A stretch of DNA of 64,000 bases. It comes from Macrostomum lignano (taxonomy: Eukaryota). Location: assembly GCA_002269645.1 (NCBI GenBank), contig NIVC01003337.1, forward strand, positions 1-64,000. The letters run 5' to 3'. The notes beneath the pieces were generated by a model. The model made no database searches. It saw nothing but the letters and a program-made list of their open reading frames with translations, and had not been told where the DNA came from. The translations under genes were made by a program, and so were the position numbers. This document shows, in pieces, positions 61,248-64,000 of this stretch (its first letter is position 1; every line of letters begins with the position of its first letter).

Positions 61248-64000
61248 CTACACGGCAGCCCTGGCCAGGGCGGCTTTGCCAGCCTCGTCGCCAAAGATGT
61301 CGCTCAGCTGCTTCTTGTAGGCGTCAATGTTCCGCTGCATCACCTCCACGCAGGGTCCGAGCAGGCGCTCAAAGTCGGACACGTGCAGCACGCAGACCTT
61401 CGTGTGGCCAACGGCGTAGCAGCTGGCGGCGCGCGGCTCCTTGGTGATGAGCGCCAGCTCGCCAAAATAATCGCCTTTGCCGAGCAGGTTCACCTGCGGG
61501 TGGCAGCGGGGTGTCGGTTTGCAAATCAGGCCAGCTATGCTTACCCCTCCTGGCCTCTGATTGCAGGTGTCAAAATGTGTGTATCTGTGTGCCAATGCCG
61601 AAATCCCAGACAGAGAAAAACCCTGCCACTAATTGCTTTTGAGCATGATTAAATTGGAAACCCAATCCAGACCCAATTACCACCCTCAGCCTCACCTGCG
61701 TCTTCATCCCAGCCTTATCTGCATCTCCATCCCAGCCTCACCTGCATCTGCATCCCAGCTTTACCTGCATCTGCATCCCAGCTTTACCTGCATCTGAATC
61801 CCAGCCTCACCTGCATCTCCATCCCAGCTTTACCTGCATCTGCATCCCAGCTTTACCTGCATCAGCATCTCCATCCCAGCCTTACCTGCATCTGCATGCC
61901 AGCCTCACCTGCATCTGAATCCCAGCTTTACCTGCATCTGCATCCCAGCTTCACCTGCATCTCCATCCCAGCCTTATCTGCATCTCCATCCCAGCTTTAC
62001 CTGCATCTGCATCCCAGCCTTACCTGCATCTGCATCCCAGCTTTACCTGCATCTGCATCCCAGCCTCACCTGCATCCCAGCTTTACCTGCATCTCCGTCC
62101 CAGCCTTACCTGCATCTGCATCCCAGCCTCACCTGCATCTCCATCCCAGCCTCACCTGATCTCCATCCCAGCCTCACCTGCATCTCCATCCCAGCTTTAC
62201 CTGCATCTGCATCCCAGCCTTACCTGCATCTGCATCCCAGCCTTACCTGCATCTCCATCCCAACCTCACATGCATCTGAATCCCAGCTTTACCTGCATCT
62301 CCATCCCAGCCTCATCTGCATCTCCATCCCAGCCTCACCTGCATCTCCATCCCAGCCTCATCTGATCTCCATTCCAGCCTCACCTGCATCTCCAGGCCAT
62401 TGTCGGAGTTGCGCCGCATCACCTTGACCTCGCCCTCCTCCACAAAGAACATCTCGTTGCCAATCTCGCCCTGGTGCAGGATGGGCTCGCCATCCGAGAA
62501 CTCCCGCTCCTTCAGCGCGTCCGCCACATTCTGCCGCTCGTACTGGGTGAGCTCCGCCAGCAGGTGCACCGAGGACAGGAAGGCCTCGTACTTCTTGCGG
62601 TGCTTGAAGGCGGCCATGAGCACCTGCGACAGATGGGAGGCCGGGCGGACCCGTGTACTTTTAGCCTTTCAACCATTTCAGCCTGTAGAGAGTGAAGAGT
62701 GCTCAGCTGCACTCATTATCCACATCTCTCAGCTTATCTAAATAAGCCACTCCCAGCAACACAACAATGAAAGATGCGGACAAAAGCAAACAGTCAATCT
62801 AGTATTTTTAATCCCATTATGCAGCAATTTGCTCCCGTGTTGAGTGGGGCAGCGGAGGCGGATGCAGCGGTGCGCACAGACTCAATTGAGCTGCTCAATG
62901 TGAGTAGGGAGAGAAATCCCAGTGCATCCAGCCACTAAGCTGCTCGTGAGATGACTCGGAGCGATTGTAATGAAGCAATCGGAGGTATTAGGAGTGAAAA
63001 TATATTTCTTAGCAACTTGTATTGCTTCTCTTGCCGTCAGCCTGCCGTCAGTCTACCTGTCTGGCTGCCTACCTGTCTGGCTTGTCTACCTGTTTGGCTG
63101 CCTACCTGTCTGGCTTGTCTACCTGTCTGGCTGTCTACCTGTCTGGCTGCCTACCTGTCCGGCTTGTCTAACTGTCTGGCTTGTCTACCTGTTTGGCTGC
63201 CTACCTGTTTGGCTTGTCTACCTGTCTGGCTTGTCTACCTGTCTGGCTGCCTACCTGTTTGGCTTGTCTACCTGTCTGGCTTGTCTACCTGTCTGGCTGC
63301 CTACCTGTCTGGCTTGTCTACCTGTCTGGCTTGTCTACCTGTTTGGCTGCCTACCTGTCTGGCTTGTCTACCTGTCTGGCTGTCTACCTGTCTGGCTGTC
63401 TACCTGTCTGGCTGCCTACCTGTCCGGCTTGTCTAACTGTCTGGCTTGTCTACCTGTTTGGCTGCCTACCTGTTTGGCTTGTCTACCTGTCTGGCTTGTC
63501 TACCTGTCTGGCTGCCTACCTGTCTGGCTTGTCTACCTGTCTGGCTTGTCTACCTGTTTGGCTGCCTACCTGTCTGGCTTGTCTACCTGTCTGGCTGTCT
63601 ACCTGTCTGGCTGCCTACCTGTCCGGCTTGTCTAACTGTCTGGCTTGTCTACCTGTTTGGCTGCCTACCTGTTTGGCTTGTCTACCTGTCTGGCTTGTCT
63701 ACCTGTCTGGCTGCCTACCTGTCTGGCTTGTCTACCTGTCTGGCTTGTCTACTTGTCTGGCTGTCTACTTGTCTGCCTGTCTGGCTTGTCTGCCTGACTG
63801 CCTGTCTACCTATCTGCCTACCTGTTTATTAGCCTTAATTCTTCCACTTCTACCAAGTCGCTACCCGAGTCAGCCAAGCGAGCCCCACCTTCTGCTGGAA
63901 GGTCTCCATGTCCAGCGACCAGAGCACGCCGTCAGTCTTGGCGATGACCGTGGCAGCCCTGGGGCAGTAGTACATAAGCGCCAGCTCGCCAAAGGAGCCC
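61248..64000 (-). CDS. PRKAR2: cAMP-dependent protein kinase type II regulatory subunit, last three exons (5' part outside the window)
   Basis: Exons 63889-64000+, 62384-62623 and 61248-61493. Two phosphate-binding cassettes, [17 protein letters not shown] and [16 protein letters not shown], plus FERLLGPC typical of RII. Confidence 0.9.
61690..62383. repeat. Intronic minisatellite built from the splice-donor junction (minus strand gagatgcag|gtgaggctgggat)
   Basis: More than 20 copies, beginning exactly at the 62384 exon end. Confidence 0.88.
63045..63830. repeat. ctacctgtctggcttgt-type minisatellite in a PKA-R intron
   Basis: Direct reading. Confidence 0.92.

Overview
Eukaryotic, intron-rich animal DNA with GT-AG introns, GC-rich exons and many intronic minisatellites. 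The style resembles the flatworm Macrostomum, but that is an inference. Left to right the window holds: (1) a very large secreted vitellogenin/LLTP-like gene with an internal LECT2/M23-like domain and Cys-rich repeats (minus strand, probably runs off the left edge); (2) MOB3; (3) a broken RTE-like LINE fragment inside a TIR-bracketed element; (4) a 13-exon, about 1822-aa gene reconstructed as cold-shock domain + ZNFX1-type SF1 helicase + NFX1 zinc fingers + H-Y-E PARP domain + degenerate second PARP fold; (5) a convergent spliced gene fusing ankyrin repeats to an AIG1/septin-like GTPase whose G-motifs are all degenerate; (6) a decayed non-catalytic M13 peptidase; (7) a second GTPase of the same family with its P-loop GK[S/T] deleted in frame; (8) the 3' end of a PKA type-II regulatory subunit gene. 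tRNA-derived SINEs and about 20 tandem arrays are also present. The most interesting signal is the candidate innate-immune island made of the helicase-PARP fusion and two P-loop-defective GTPases. All gene models were spliced by eye and no database searches were run.
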